A stretch of DNA of 64,000 nucleotides, taken from Saccostrea echinata (Eukaryota). Below the pieces are notes generated by a model. It made no database searches. It was not told the DNA's origin and worked only from the letters and a program-made list of their open reading frames with translations. The stretch is from assembly GCF_033153115.1 (NCBI RefSeq), contig NW_026889796.1, forward strand, positions 10,354,001 through 10,418,000. Reading direction: 5' to 3'. This document shows positions 1-13,901 of the stretch, in pieces. Both the position numbers and the translations under genes were made by a program. Position 1 is the first letter of the stretch. Each line of letters opens with the position of its first letter.

Positions 1-195
1 GTAAAATTTGTATATATATTCCTCACTGAGAGCATCATGGCAACGAACCCGAAGTACAATATGTACTTCGTAATAAAAAAATTAATGAATAAAGCATTGT
101 TCAAATACAATTATGCTGTAAAATTCTGTGCTTTAATCAATACATTTAAGTTTTTTTCTGAATATAGTCTTTTGTATCAAATACTCGGCCTATTC

Positions 196-365
196 CAGTG
201 GCGGATCCAGGAATCTTGATAGGGGGAGGGGGAGGGGGAGGGAGTTGGGGTAGGGGCCCATGCACAACCCCCTAAAATTGATTTATTAAATTTTATGTAT
301 AATTGATAAGTATAGATTTTAGACACAAAACGAGAGGGGGACTGCCCCCTCTAAATCCGCCTGTG
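196..365. mobile_element. Short MITE (CAGTGGCGGATCC...AATCCGCCTGTG family); related copy at ~18166-18311
   Basis: Imperfect TIRs cagtggcggatccag / ctaaatccgcctgtg; the internal sequence (gatccaggaatcttga...taggggcc...atttattaaat...ccccctctaaatccgcc) recurs at 18166-18311. Confidence 0.6.
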
Positions 366-399
366 TACTCATAGGGCGTTATGTAAAAGCTAATTTTTA

Positions 400-533
400 C
401 ACAGGTACTTGGGTCTTGGATTATAAATATGTATGTACCTTATTGATATGTAAAAAAAAAGAGAGGTAAGGTACAGTTTTTACATTTCAATAAGGTACAT
501 ACATATTTATAAACCAAGACCCAAGTACCTGTG
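400..533. mobile_element. Fold-back MITE with ~55-bp TIRs and 8-bp TSD (hAT-like)
   Basis: cacaggtacttgggtcttgg... / ...ccaagacccaagtacctgtg near-perfect inverted arms; aattttta duplicated at 392-399 and 534-541. Confidence 0.8.
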
Positions 534-2127
534 AATTTTTACCCCCCCCCCCCCCCCAAAAAAAAAAAAATGAATCAATTTCTCAGTAAAATGTGCATTT
601 CTTGACGGAAATGAAATAAGAGCATCTGAAGTACAATATCCATAACACAGTATATACAATATCCATAACATAGTACATGTATATAACAGGTTTCACAATA
701 AACGTCAATTAATGAAATTTTTATTTAAGTTTTACAAAGGTGGGAGTGGAGACGTACTTCTACTTCATGCGGGATTTTGAACAAGTATTTCTTCCTGCTA
801 TAAGCCTGTAGGCTGTCAGTAAAAACTATGTATATTATGTTTATGTTTACATAATATATATATTATTGGATTTTTTCTGTCGGTAGTGGTATAAATTCAA
901 TTCCCCGCGCTTGCGCGGGATTTCATCTAGTATATATAAAAAAGCCCCATATGATATCAAAAGGTTAAGAATTTGTGTATTTTGATTTTCAACCAAACAA
1001 TAACCAATTACATGTTTCCACTGAATATTTGTATTACTAATAATTCGCGCAGCATTCCATATTTGTTTTACATTTTCACAGTCAAAGATTAAATTTTTAA
1101 TATCTTCTAGTACATTACAGTTTTTGCATAATTTTGACAAGTTGTATAATTTTCTATGCATAGATTTGCGCTCTGTGTTCTTCAAAGTTAACATTCAAAA
1201 GTTTAGTCCATATATTTTCAGAGTATGGTTTAATAAATTTTTGAGCAATGAAAGCGATATAGAACATTTTACAACTTAGCTTATCTATAAAGATGTTTTC
1301 TCCTTGTTTCGCAAAAAGTAGACATTTATATTTGTTATGTTGATATATTTGCTTTTACTGGTATCCACAATCTTTTGTAAAGGTTTAAAAATTCTTTTCA
1401 GCAATTAGTATTCACATAAATAATTAGACTTATTTTTTAGTACATTAAGGAAATGTTCAATATCATGGAATTTCCCTTCGCGGTCGAAAAGATCTTTTAC
1501 GTATAAAATTCCTGCTGTTGTCCAATTTGAATAAAATAAGGACCGTTTTATAAGTTGAAAGTTGCCATTAAACCAAATAGGCTGTGACCACACTTTATCC
1601 GCTGATGTATAAATATTTTCTTTCTGTTTACATTCATTAAAAGCACATAAAACTTCACAGTAGAAAGAAGATGGGTGAACAAGGCGAGCGAAGTGCCTAT
1701 AGTGCGACAAACATGAAGGTGAAAAATTAAATCTCAATTATAACTAAATTTTCTTTGACATTTCGTCTAACATTTAAGTATACTTTATGTAAAATCTTCT
1801 CAATTTGCAAAAATCTCACAAAGATAGAAATTATTTGTCTATTAAATAGCATGCACACATTAAAGAGGGCTAAAAGGATCATTTTCTCATACTATAACAC
1901 AATTTTTCGATATGAGTTGGTCTTTACTCCATTTTTTTTTAAGTTTATCCTCAAAGTTTGCGGAAAAATATACATTTATTGGGTAACAAACACATGGAGC
2001 AAAGACCCACTATACCTTAAAAATATACTTTTATGATACAACATTCGCATATTTCCGAGAAATACTTGAAGTCCATTAAGTCAGGGGTCATATCACAAAC
2101 ATGATTTAAATGTCACTGTTCATCAGG

Positions 2128-2229
2128 TGCTGTGTAGCGTAGTGGTTAGCGCGTTAGTCTCAAAGGAAAATGATACTCAGGAATTTTATTGCTAGGGTTC
2201 GATCCCCACGAATACCACATAATTTTTTT
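2128..2229 (+). mobile_element. tRNA-derived SINE-like head (Pol III A and B boxes) inserted in the LINE
   Basis: A box TAGCGTAGTGG 2135-2145, B box GGTTCGATCC 2196-2205, T7 run at 2223-2229; no convincing acceptor or anticodon stem, so not called a tRNA. Confidence 0.55.
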
Positions 2230-3680
2230 AATAACAGAATAATTTTTGCCGAAAAAATTTTCCTCAAAAACGTTTTCTTTATCATAATTCCATAAATTTC
2301 AATAATGAAAACTTTGCTCTAAATACTAAATTCACGAATTGAATAAGATTTTTACAGATCTAAAGCTATAGGCATTCTGCACGCCTTCTTCACCCATCTC
2401 CGTTGGTAGTTTTTTAAAGGCATTTTGCAGATCTTGAATTTTGTGCTGCTAGTCTTTAGTAGATGTTTAAGGTCTAGTGATTGAAAAAATTAAAGTTTTA
2501 ATCGTAGAATCATTGCTTATTAACCGCTTTATCCACGTATAGCTTTAAATGCTTTTTTTACTTTCCACATCGACAATTCCAATTCCGCCCTCGTTGATGT
2601 TACCAATTAAAGTATTTCTTTTAATTCTATCCCGTTTTCCCCAAAGAAAATTACAAATTAATTTTTTGAATGGTCTTCAAAGTTTCATCATTAGGATAAT
2701 TCAGTATTGTGGCACTATAATACAGCTGTGTAAGAGCAAGGGTATTTATAATAGTACATTTGCCAAAGAGAGTAAGTTTTCTATTTTTCCACATTGTAAG
2801 TTTTTTTCCCTAATTTGTTAACATTTGTTAACCTTATCTTTCCAATTTTTTCGTAGCACTTTTCACGGTCGTGGCCTATAAAAATTTCTAAACACCTAAC
2901 TGGCTCATTTGTAATTTTGACCTCAAACAAGGTTTTATCTCTGTTTTTAAAAGGTCCAAGTAAGATCGCCTCTGTTTTTTTTTAATGTTCAATTGCATGC
3001 CTGATGCTTGACTGAAATATTTTATTAAACTTATAGTGTTTTCAATCGATGTTTCATTTAGTAATGGCAAGGATGCATCGTCTGCATGTTGTAAAAGTTT
3101 TATCTCTGTGTCCATAAATTCATTCGTGAAACCTTTTATATTTTTAGATGACTTAATCTTTAATGACATAATTTCTACAATGAAAAGAAAAATAATTGCT
3201 GAAATCGGGCATCCTTGTATGATTCCCTTTTTTCATTGAGCATGGTTTAGAGATCCAACCATTATTTTTAATGCGAAAGACTGGATTTTCATAGAATTTT
3301 TATCCATTTAAGGAACTGTTGTCCAAAATTAAATTTTTCTAAAGTTTTAAATAGAAAGTCCTAGTTTTTGAAAGTCTAAAAATAACAGAATACCATCTTT
3401 ATTAGTGGATTCACAGTATTCAAATATATCGAACAGAAGTCGTGCATTCGTGCCAATAAATCAATGCTGTTTGATCTTTACTGATGAGCTTATCTATAAC
3501 CTTTTGTAATCTTTTTGCAAAAACAAAAGCGAGTATTTTATAATCACAATTTGTTAGGCTGATGGGTCTATATTTACGTAGGTCAGTTTTTCGCCTTTTT
3601 GTAAATCAAAAGAAATTATTGATAATCTTTGTGTAAAGGGCATTTTATTTTTTTCGGAAGTCTGTTTTAGTGAATTATAT

Positions 3681-4158
3681 CAAGCATTCTGAGAGTATTG
3701 CATTAGCAATACTAGTCCCCTACCGGCAAGTGTAATATGGTTCCCGTTAAAAATTGAAAAAAATGAAAATGCCATAATTCCGTCAAAAATCAATGAAGTG
3801 GAACGAAATGCAAACTTGATCTAAAACTCATCAAGGTAAAGTCACATACCAAAAATCAGCTCAAAATCTGCAAGCGTTCAGAAAAAAATTGCGGAAAACC
3901 CTGAAAAATTGAAAAGGTCGTAATTCCGTCAAGAATCATTGAAGCGGAACGAAATGCAAACTTGATCTAAAACTCATCAAGATACACTCACATACCAAAA
4001 GTCAGCTCAATATCTGCAAGCGTTAGAAAAAAAAGTGCGGAAAACCAAGTGGGACAGACTGACAGACAGAGGGACAGCTAGACAGACGGACAGCTAGACA
4101 GACGGACGGACTCAGAGGAAACCTATAGTCCCCTCCGGTTTCACCGGTAGGGGACTAA
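3681..4158 (+). mobile_element. Helentron-type non-autonomous element (HINE/DINE-1-like), two ~146-bp core repeats
   Basis: Sub-terminal tagtcccctaccgg, tandem core (taattccgtcaa at 3775 and 3921), GACA/GACG microsatellite, terminal hairpin tagtcccctccggtttcaccggtaggggacta. Confidence 0.75.
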
Positions 4159-4235
4159 TAATAATCTTTTATATCATTCCAAAATATTTGATAAACTTCA
4201 ACGGGTAATCCATCTGAGTCAGGGGATTTGTGTTA

Positions 4236-4543
4236 TTAGTCCCCTACCGGTGAAACCGGAGGGGACTATAGGTTTCCTCTGAGTCTGTCCGTCCGTCTGT
4301 CTGTCTGTCTGTCTGTCAATCTGTCCCACTTGGTTTTCCGCACTTTTTTCCTAAACGCTTGCAGATATTGAGCTGATTTTTGATATGTGACTTTACCTTG
4401 ATTAGTTATAGATCAAGTTTGCATTTAGTCCCGCTTCATTGATTTTTGACGGAATTATGGCATTTCAATTCTAAACGGGAACCAGATTACACTTGCCGGT
4501 AGGGGACTAGTATTGCTAATGCAATACTCTCAGAATGCTTGTT
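4236..4543 (-). mobile_element. Second copy of the same HINE-like family, inverted, one core repeat
   Basis: Reverse complement of the 3681-4158 termini, microsatellite and core. Confidence 0.75.
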
Positions 4544-5153
4544 TTTCATTTGTTTTATAGCCTGTTCACATTCTGTGAGGGTAGGAAATTCGTCGCAAAG
4601 TTGTCTTTTTTGATTTGATATAATGAAGTACTCTTAATATCATTTAAATATTCATTTATAACATTTTCAGAAATATTTTTACTTGCATACAGATTTTCAT
4701 AGAATTCACATAATTTATTCATTATATCGCCGGTTTGATTAAATATTTATTTTCAGTTTTTATTTCATGTATCACGTTTGTTGCTTGTGTTTGTCATTCT
4801 AATCTTAGAAAACAAGGCGTGTTCTTTTCGCCTTTTTCAATCCAATTTGATTTTGGTCGTATAAATGCACCTTTTGTAACGTTATTATATATATCAAGTC
4901 TCTCTGCCTCCAGTTGTTTTTCTTTTCATATCAGTAGTGCTGGAATTTATTATTTCTAATTTTTTTTTTATTTCTTCCTCTATGGACTTTATACGTTGTT
5001 TCGTTTCAAAACTTTATGTTACGAAAAATGTATTGAAAACATTTCAACAATTGTATTTAATTTTTCCCATTTTAATTGATCATCTAAAATATTATTAATT
5101 TCCTCCTTTTTTTCTTTTATCAGTTCTCTAAGTTTGGTTATATAGCTTGGATC

Positions 5154-5498
5154 ACAGGGGGCTTGCTCCCGGCGTGTAATAATTATTTATTTTTAATATT
5201 ACCGTATATGATTTTTTTAAATAAATAATTATTACACGCNNNNNNNNNNNNNNNNNNNNNNNNNNNNNNNNNNNNNNNNNNNNNNNNNNNNNNNNNNNNN
5301 NNNNNNNNNNNNNNNNNNNNNNNNNNNNNNNNNNNNNNNNNNNNNNNNNNNNNNNNNNNNNNNNNNNATTTTTTCAATCTTCTGTCATGTTTTTTTGTTT
5401 TGTTGTACATGTTCCTCTGACCAGTATATAATGTATATATATTATTAATGTACCCCATGCACCAATATTTTGGTTTGGGTGAATAAACTGAACTTGAA
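5154..5498. mobile_element. Insertion(s) in the LINE spanning an assembly gap: palindromic MITE-like left part and retroposon-like tail
   Basis: cttggatc at 5146-5153 and 5499-5506; LINE frame (..LLTDPS/YITKL..) resumes across it; gcgtgtaataattatttattt...aaataaataattattacacgc palindrome; tail aataaactgaacttgaa. Confidence 0.5.
5240..5367. other. Assembly gap (N run)
   Basis: Run of n characters. Confidence 0.99.
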
Positions 5499-6395
5499 CT
5501 TGGATCTGTTAATAAAGAAGTATATAATTTCCAGTATCCTCGTCCTCTTTTTTCTCCAGCAAGTATAAAATCATATCTTATAGCCAAATGATCCGAAAAT
5601 TTGTTGTTCTGTATACTTGGTGCCTTTTTAGTAAGAATATCAGCTATTTCCAATTCGAAAAGTTTTGATATAAAAACAAAGTACATGCGACTCTTTGGAT
5701 TTCCTTATCATTCACACCACGTAAAACCACATTTATTTGGTGTAGTTATTTTCCAGAGATAAGTAAAATTTAAATATTTCAGTAAATCTGCCAAATGTTT
5801 GGAGCTTTTATCACTTATAGCTTGTTGTGAACAGTGTCTATCTTCTTTGGTTAAAGTAGTATTAAAATCTCCTGCTAAAATTATATTTTGATCATTAAGA
5901 GAGAATTGGCATATCCACTTTCTGTAGTTTTTTTTAAAAGAGTCTGAGCGACAATTTTCGTTTATTTGGCGCATATACATTTACAATAGTATATACTGAA
6001 TCATTAATTTTAATATTAACCAAAATTTTTCTACCGTCTTCATGGTTCTCATTTCCACTAAACATTGAAACAGAATGAGGGTGTTGTTTATGATATATAG
6101 GACAATCTTCATCCTCCGGCCTGTAGGCAAACCTTACATTTGGGCCCCTCTTTGCACTCGTGTGTGAAATGTTGATCACTCCAGCAAATACTTCATTTCT
6201 TTTGGCTTACTTAATTAGGTTGCCCAAAATGATAGATGCTACACTGTTGACCACAGCAATAGCTTTTCCGAGGGAGGAATTTTTTGTCAGGTAGGCCTAG
6301 TGGTTCTACGTAAACGATCCTTTTCCCATCGAGAACCGACATCAACTGACCGGTAATGGGGTTGCGGATTCTCTCAAACTCAACCGCGCTTTTAA

Positions 6396-7048
6396 CAGGT
6401 CCAGTACAATCAGTACATTTAGCTACGTAGCTAGAATTACCTACCGTAGCTTTATTTACCTACTTCAGGTAACTTTATTTAGCTATTTCAAGGCAACTTT
6501 TCACAATTTTGCATTTTATTTTAAAAAGACAAAAAGTCGCAAGTAAATGTCTACTAATAATTATACTAGGGATTATTTAATTAAACATTGCTGCGTTTGA
6601 ACACTTTTAAAGAAAAGATGTATTTCCATTGTTTGAGTAACTGTACACCACCTTGTGTGCGGTGAGGCGTGGATAAGTATGGTTACTTCATCTTGTGCTC
6701 ATGTTAAACAAAACTGGTCGCTTTTTGTTATTCCATTCTGAATGTAACTGTTTGGCCACAAATTAACTGTTGTATATAGCCCCAAAACTTTTAGAACTTT
6801 GATTGCAAATGCGCAGAAAATGAAACACATCTCTAAGAGTGATTTTTTCATGAATTGTTTTCAGATGACTTCAAGTAGGAAATTATCCCTGCGTCAAAGT
6901 GCAATTTTCTGCACTTCCTGAGAAAAATGCTAATTTAAGAAATAAGTTTGATTTAGTAGCTAAATAAAGCTACTTCAGGTAGGTAAATAAAGCTATGTAA
7001 GTAATTCAAGCTAGTACGTAGCTAAATCTAGTGATTGTACCAGACCTG
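6396..7048. mobile_element. Non-autonomous DNA transposon, ~90-bp imperfect TIRs, 5-bp TSD
   Basis: caggtccagtacaatc...tagctttatttaccta / taggtaaataaagcta...gattgtaccagacctg; tttaa at 6391-6395 and 7049-7053. Confidence 0.75.
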
Positions 7049-8703
7049 TTTAAGCTTGGCACCCAGCTTTGTTAACATGTTTTCCACATCACTATTTAAC
7101 ATAGATCTGTTACCTTGAGGAGATTATCTGGTCTCTTTGGGGTGCAAGCAGAAAGGGGTTTTTGTCATAGACGTTGAAATTCTGATTGTTAGATCAATGC
7201 CTTGTAATACTAGCTGTTGTCTGCTTGATTTGTCGGATGGGTATACATGCCATAGGCTCCGGTCCAGCTGGACACACACGAGCTTGCATAATAACGTATT
7301 CTGTAATTTTTTTGTTTTTAATAAACACCGGACATATTGAAATAGTTCACACGATTATATAAATGTTCAGTAGTCAGGACACAAAACACAATACAGGACA
7401 GGTAAACAATACGAATACAGCGTGTCAGTAGTTTACAAACAATAGTGAACACTTACTCGCCGATAGTGAATACACAAAATGCAAAGTCCACATTAATTCA
7501 AAGAGTGAAAATGAACATATATACAGCTTAGGTACACAATTTGCACCTATAATCACCGTTTTTGGCGAAAGACAGGCCTTCAAAAAGGCCAAATATTGTC
7601 AAAAAGACGGAGCCTAGTCGAAAACGACCTTACCCTAGCTCAGTCACGTGACCTTCCCCTTAGCACCTAAAAACTGCATTCCGTAGAGATAGACAACATT
7701 TGGGCTCTCTGTGAGGTATATTTGAGCTGAGTTTATCATTTACTGAAAATGATCATTAAACAGGGTGCCTACATGATGTACAAATATCAACAGTATTTTA
7801 ATCCATGTAGATGAATTAATACTCATTTGTTTGAAATTTTTAATTTTTTTCTCCCTCTGTCGTAGGTTTTGAAGTTTATAGGTGATGTTAAACGTAGAGT
7901 TTATTTCAGCAACCTTAAGAAGTAGATTTTTTTCAGCAAACAGAGCCAAAATTCGATGTTTTGTCAAAATTGTTATGTATTCATTTTTTCGACATTTTCT
8001 CGCTTAGACATTCACAACAAATAAAGCACCTTCAAAAATTTACTTTTTCGAGCACATGCCATTTTAAAGGGAAAATACACACCCTGTAATTAGCAAAAGA
8101 GAATCAGAATTTCTTAACGAAAAGAAAAATAGAAAGTGAAAGAAGACAAGACAAAAAAAATACTGGTTATTGTTAAAAAAGTCAACACCTGGGTGAGATG
8201 AACATTTATTCGAAATACGTTCTACACTCAAGAGATTATTTTCTCATGTTACAAAATCGGCCCCAGTACTGTGGTAAGTTTGGTTGAAATTGATCCATTG
8301 GTTTTGAAGAAGGTCCGAGAATTTCATATCTTTTTCTGGAGTCTCCGTGTTTGATGATTGATGGTTACTGCGTAATAGACAGTCAGTTGATACCAGTGAT
8401 TTTATTTTTTTTTAATTGTAAATCTGACTGAGGTATTTTAAAACTTTATTGATACAGTTACACAGTATTGAATCTCTCAAGGCGGTTTGTTTAATAATTC
8501 ACTAAAATATCAAGATATGATAATAATTTGATGAAAATATATCCATAATTAAAAATACTTTGAAGGGATATTAAGCAGTATAAATATTTAATTGATATGA
8601 TTATGAAGTGAAATGATAAGCATGATTGCTTTTAAATAAAATACATATTTAATGCTCCTAATTTGTTCAGTGAAAGACTTGGGTATACTTCTTCTATACA
8701 TTA

Positions 8704-11700
8704 TCAAGCAGCCTCTTTTTTCTTCTTTGACTTTTCTGTTGTTTTTGCTTCTTGTAGAGATAAATCTGGAATAAATATATCTTCATGTGCTGGTAGTTCC
8801 TTTCTCCCATAATCCTTTTCTCTTCCTGGAGGAGACTCTGGCACCTCAGGCAATTTCAGATCTAAAAATAGAACAATTGGTTTTTTGGGATTCTAAATAT
8901 AGCAGTTTTAATTTTATACACACATGAGGATTTAATTACCTTTTTTGGAGGGGGGGGGGGTACAAATTTATGTGTGTACTCACCAGACAGTAGATCTGCT
9001 AGTTCATCTGCACTTGACAACTGATCACCTTTTCCATCCATTACATCAGAGAGTGTTGTGGGAACATCCACTAGAGGTGAATTATCTCCCTTGAGCAGAT
9101 TCTCTAGACTAGCCTCCAAGGACTCTTCATCATCCTTACTTAATCTTCCTAATTCATTCTGAATGTCCTCCTGATCCTCTATTGTCTGTAATGGTAAACA
9201 TTGAAATCAGAAATATTAAAAAAATAAATAAATTAAAAGCTGATATGACTTCCATTGATCACAGTAGGACAATTATAAAAAATCACCTATGTATCATTAA
9301 TCAAATAGGATATCTCATGCAATGTTAGACTAACAGTTACTGCTAGAAACCAGAAGCTTGGCTGTCATGTTATAATTCCTCCATTCAAGCAATTCAAATA
9401 ATGGTTAGATACATGATTCAAATATGTTAAAATTCCCCATTTAAGCAATTTAAATACTAGTAAAATACCTGACTCAAGTCATCCATGATGTCAGTAACTT
9501 TATCTAGGTCATTTCTTTCATTGATGCTTTTTAAAGCTTGAGTTCCACTTTCAATGGCCTTTACAATCTACAAACAAAATGAATCCTCGATAAAAATATT
9601 AATATTCTTTTTGATTATCTCAATTTTAATGACAATTCACATCACTAGAAAAACATTCAAATACAGTCATAACTGTATACTTAAAACATTTACTCTGAAA
9701 ATAAAATGATAACGTATTTAAACTGAGTAAAGTCACAACAAATGTACAGTGTACTTGTATATATAGATACATTTGTTTGAGTTACGTTAATGAATTACCA
9801 TTTCTTCTGATGCAGCATGGCTTATCCTGTGTAAAATATCATCTAAAAAGTCAATAGAGTTTGATAATTTGGAAATTCTGTCCTGAATTCTCTTATACTG
9901 TCTGAATGCTCTCAAAGCCTGAAAAAAATTAGTTAAATGGCATTAGTAATAAAGAATATTCATGGTATTTTATAGATATAAATTACTTCAGTGCTATGTG
10001 TATACATGCATTTACTAAATTCATGTCTAACTAAGAGTGCAACGATAAACCGTTTGACGGTATATCGCAGTATATTTTTCCACGGTTCAATTCACGATAC
10101 GCTAGACTGATATCGCGGTTCGATTCAATCAGTCCAGAATTATCTGAATCGTCCGTTTTGTTTCCATGTTTACAATTTCAAAATGGCTTCCGCGCAAAAC
10201 GTGAGGTCGACGATTACGCATTAATGGCAGTTAAACTCATCTCCAGCATCTTACAGACCTCAGATTTAACACGGAGGAGGACTTTATCTCATTTTTAATG
10301 TGATTAAAATTACTAGTATTATAGATATTAAGACAAGTGATAAACCCTTTGAATCTAAACGTATTTTATGGTAATACACGATATCTCATCACGCGTGTTT
10401 TTCGATGAAAATTCGCTGTCTTATTGATTGAAACGTGTTAACACGAGAAATATGACAACTGGTTTTCTATGAAAATAAAAGGAATAAAAGAATGAATGTC
10501 TTCCCTTTTTCATTCCAATTTAAAAGAAAGATTATTGGGAAAGGTCCCCATGGTTCCCTGTAAATGTTCGTCATTGGTTTAGAATATTGTCACAACTCAA
10601 AAGATTTTCCAATCAATCCAATTCAAGTTAACAAAATTATATTTTCATTATTATCAAAAATTATTAACATTTAATATAACCCTGTCAAGTTTTGAAAAAA
10701 ATATGTTGACAAACTTGAAAGACTTAACCTTCTCATGTATCGTTATACGTATCGTATCGTGAACTGAATACCGTGATACGTATCGTATCGTGAGGTTGGT
10801 GTATCGTTGCACCCCTATGTCTAACAAAAACTATTGTTATGATGCCTGTATGTTGTCCCTCCACAAAGTTGATAACTTATAGTAGTATGTGCTATTATAT
10901 TTATACAGACTGAATGGCCTGCATAAAAAAATATAATAAAAAATATAGATTCAACTTACATGTTGCCTCTTGCTTTGATTTTTATGTTGAATAGCTTCCA
11001 TTTTTAATCTATAATAAGCAAGACACATTTAATATTTTACATGTGTACACAAGTACAAGTCTACAAGATGGTAAAAAGTATTTGGCTTTAAGTTGCATAT
11101 GAGTAAGATTTTACCAAAAATACAAGGTACTAATTTAGACTTAAGTACATTGAAATGCTAGACTGTATGAACCACAGGGGCATCTTATCTGCTCTGTCCT
11201 CTATTTCACACATAATTAGCACATGTGAAATAGAGAACAGAGTGGATAAGATGCCCCCGTGTATGTAGAGAACAGAGTGGATAAGATGCCCCTGTGTTTG
11301 AACTTTTCAATCTTACCTCTCACTTACAGCTGACAGTTTTTCAACATCGTTCAAAAGTTTACCAGATGTTTTCTTAATTCTAAAAATAAAACCCTTAAAA
11401 TGAAAATAAAACTTCAGAAAACCAGAATGATGTCTTAAAAAAAATAATTGTGAAGAAAATCTTTCAATTTTTGAAAAGTTTGAAGCTTCTTGATAATGTT
11501 TGCAATGACCTCTTCATACCTCAAAATCTTTAAATCTTCCTCTGTAATTTTCTTCACTTGGTCATCATCCCGTGAACAAAATTTAACAATCTTGTAAAAT
11601 GTAGGGGGAAAAAATGTTAAACAGATGTAAAGATAATAAACATTCTTATAATCAATTTCTACTGTATTTTCTTTAATAGAAAAAAACGCTTGCAAAAAAA

Positions 11701-13864
11701 ATTTGATGTAGTTTAAGCTTTCCTGACCCAGTCATTCTGAAGAAGATTCATTAAAGGGGGGGGGGGATTTGCTGGCATTATGAACATTTACAGTTTAAAT
11801 ATAAGCAAGATTGAAGAAACAGTGATATTTCATAAGTGCAATAATTATGTGCATCAATGAGGACATTTTTAGTGACTAGCTTTAACAAAAATCCAAAGGA
11901 TGCATAAATTTAAACACCAGTGAAATTAAACACCTACAAATTGCTGACATTTTGGCACAATTACAATCATATATCTATGGATATATGAATATATATGTAT
12001 CATGAAGAAAATATCTGATAAAATGAAAACATTTCTTCAGCTGAACTTACAACAGTGTCTTGATCTGAACTGATCACTGCTTTGTTTTCTTTTACGAGCT
12101 GTTGTAACACGACCTTAAATTCCAGTTCTGAGGAACACAGATCACCACACTGAACGTAGAGCACAGAGTATTCCATAATGTTGCTGACAATGTCACAATA
12201 CACCTGACACTGATGCCTCTGTAGAACTTTGGTGCACTGATCCTGAAATTAAAAGTATAATCTAATCAAGAGTATTCATGGTAATTGCTCTTGGTCTTGT
12301 AAGATTAATACTTACAATATTTTCATTTTTACAGAATATTATGTATCTTATTTTTATTATTAAATTTTCTTGAAAATTTAGAGAGGTAAGCATTTAAAAA
12401 AAAAATACAGACAAACATAAAACACCTTATTATACCAGCTGCACATTGAAAGACTTGCAAATAAAACCATTAGTACAATTAAATTGTCCACAGATGGTTG
12501 GAAAGACATTGAAAACATTAAAAATAGGGAATATCAAAACATTAGTCACTGACAGTGAAACATTTAATGCATACTTTTAAACACTCCTCCAATATGTATT
12601 GTGTATTATCCTCATTTTTCTCGTCTTTAGTCAATGCTTTCCAGCTCCAAGTGATGGGTGACTTAAGTAGGGTGTCATATCCCCACGTCAGCCAGCCCTT
12701 ACCACTGGCTTCTGAAGGTGGCTGGAGAATGTCACTGTTCTGAAGTTTTCGAATCTTTCCAAGGCTGCACAAAAGAAGAGAAAAAGGAAGTTTCAGCCAT
12801 CAAACTTGCTTACATAACTTTTTATAGTCATATAATATACCCTGACAGACTTTTAGAACTTTCATTGCAAATGCTCTGAAGGAAACACTTTTTGAAAAGT
12901 TATTTGTTCATGCATTGTTTCAAGAATAACATACAAGTAAACATCAAACTGTGACTTTTCTTATAAGCTGAAATATTGCACACTTAAAGCTTTATAGGGT
13001 GTATATTTGATAAGTTTAGAAAACCAAAATTAAACAGATCTATTTGTTTCAATACTTTATATAAAGAATGGACTTTTCTGTAAATTACATAATTTAAATC
13101 TATCACGTTTCAAAGATATCAAAAATTTAAAACAAGAACCGATTTATTTACCGACTCCACAAAAATAATGGAGATGTGCATATTAACACCACCTTAATTT
13201 GACAGTGATGAGAATGAGGGGTAGACCAGCAAACACAAGCAGTTTAACAGATTCAGAGAGAAATGCGAGAAAGAGATATCATAGGCAGACATGGGGAGTC
13301 ATAAAGAGAAAATTATGTTATATTAACAATATCAAGTACATTATACCTCTTCTCCATCATGGCTTTAATGCTGTATTTTCCTGAAGTCATGTGCTTGGCA
13401 GATCTTATTAATATTCAACACAATTACAGCAAAATTTAAAGTCAATTTAACTACAGAAAGTGAGGTTATCTGAGTTCAGAATCGGTGAAAATTGTAATTT
13501 TAATGTACATAACATATATCATGCATATCTATACACTCAATTTCCTTTTTTTTTTTAAGCTCAGATACACCATATATAGCTTTCAAAATAAATGAAATAT
13601 ATGGAGATAACGAACAGTATTCAAGCTCAAAAGTCCATTATACAATACAAAATAGGAACAGAGCAAACACGGACCTCGCTTTCAAAATAAAACATTTATT
13701 TAATTAAATGTATCAAAACAGCTAAATCAAGCCTTTCTATATTATATAACTAAATACATTGGTGGATTTAAGGGGGGTGGGGGGAGTGTGGGGGGCGCAC
13801 GCCCCCCCTTAAATGCGAATACTATTAATAATGCCCTACTTTGGTTTTACAATCAATGGTCAAT

Positions 13865-13901
<37 letters not shown>

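Larger units (their letters stand above)
847..6179 (-). mobile_element. Decayed L1/Tx1-clade non-LTR retrotransposon ORF2 (APE endonuclease, RT, C-terminal Cys motif), frameshifted and interrupted by nested insertions
   Basis: Minus-strand motifs in expected order: YTIVNVYAPN, IILAGDFNT, FTW, SDH, RGRGYWKL (APE); KSPDSDGLPVEVYQIFW (~4160-4230), RPISLTNCDYKIL, QGCPIS, QHADD (RT); QPIWFN, CKNCNVLEDIKNLIFDC. Many stops and frameshifts. May extend to a 5' end near 7660 (unverified). Confidence 0.85.

Noticed and set aside
2128-2215. Functional tRNA gene
   Set aside because: A and B boxes are present but there is no convincing cloverleaf; it lies inside a repeat insertion
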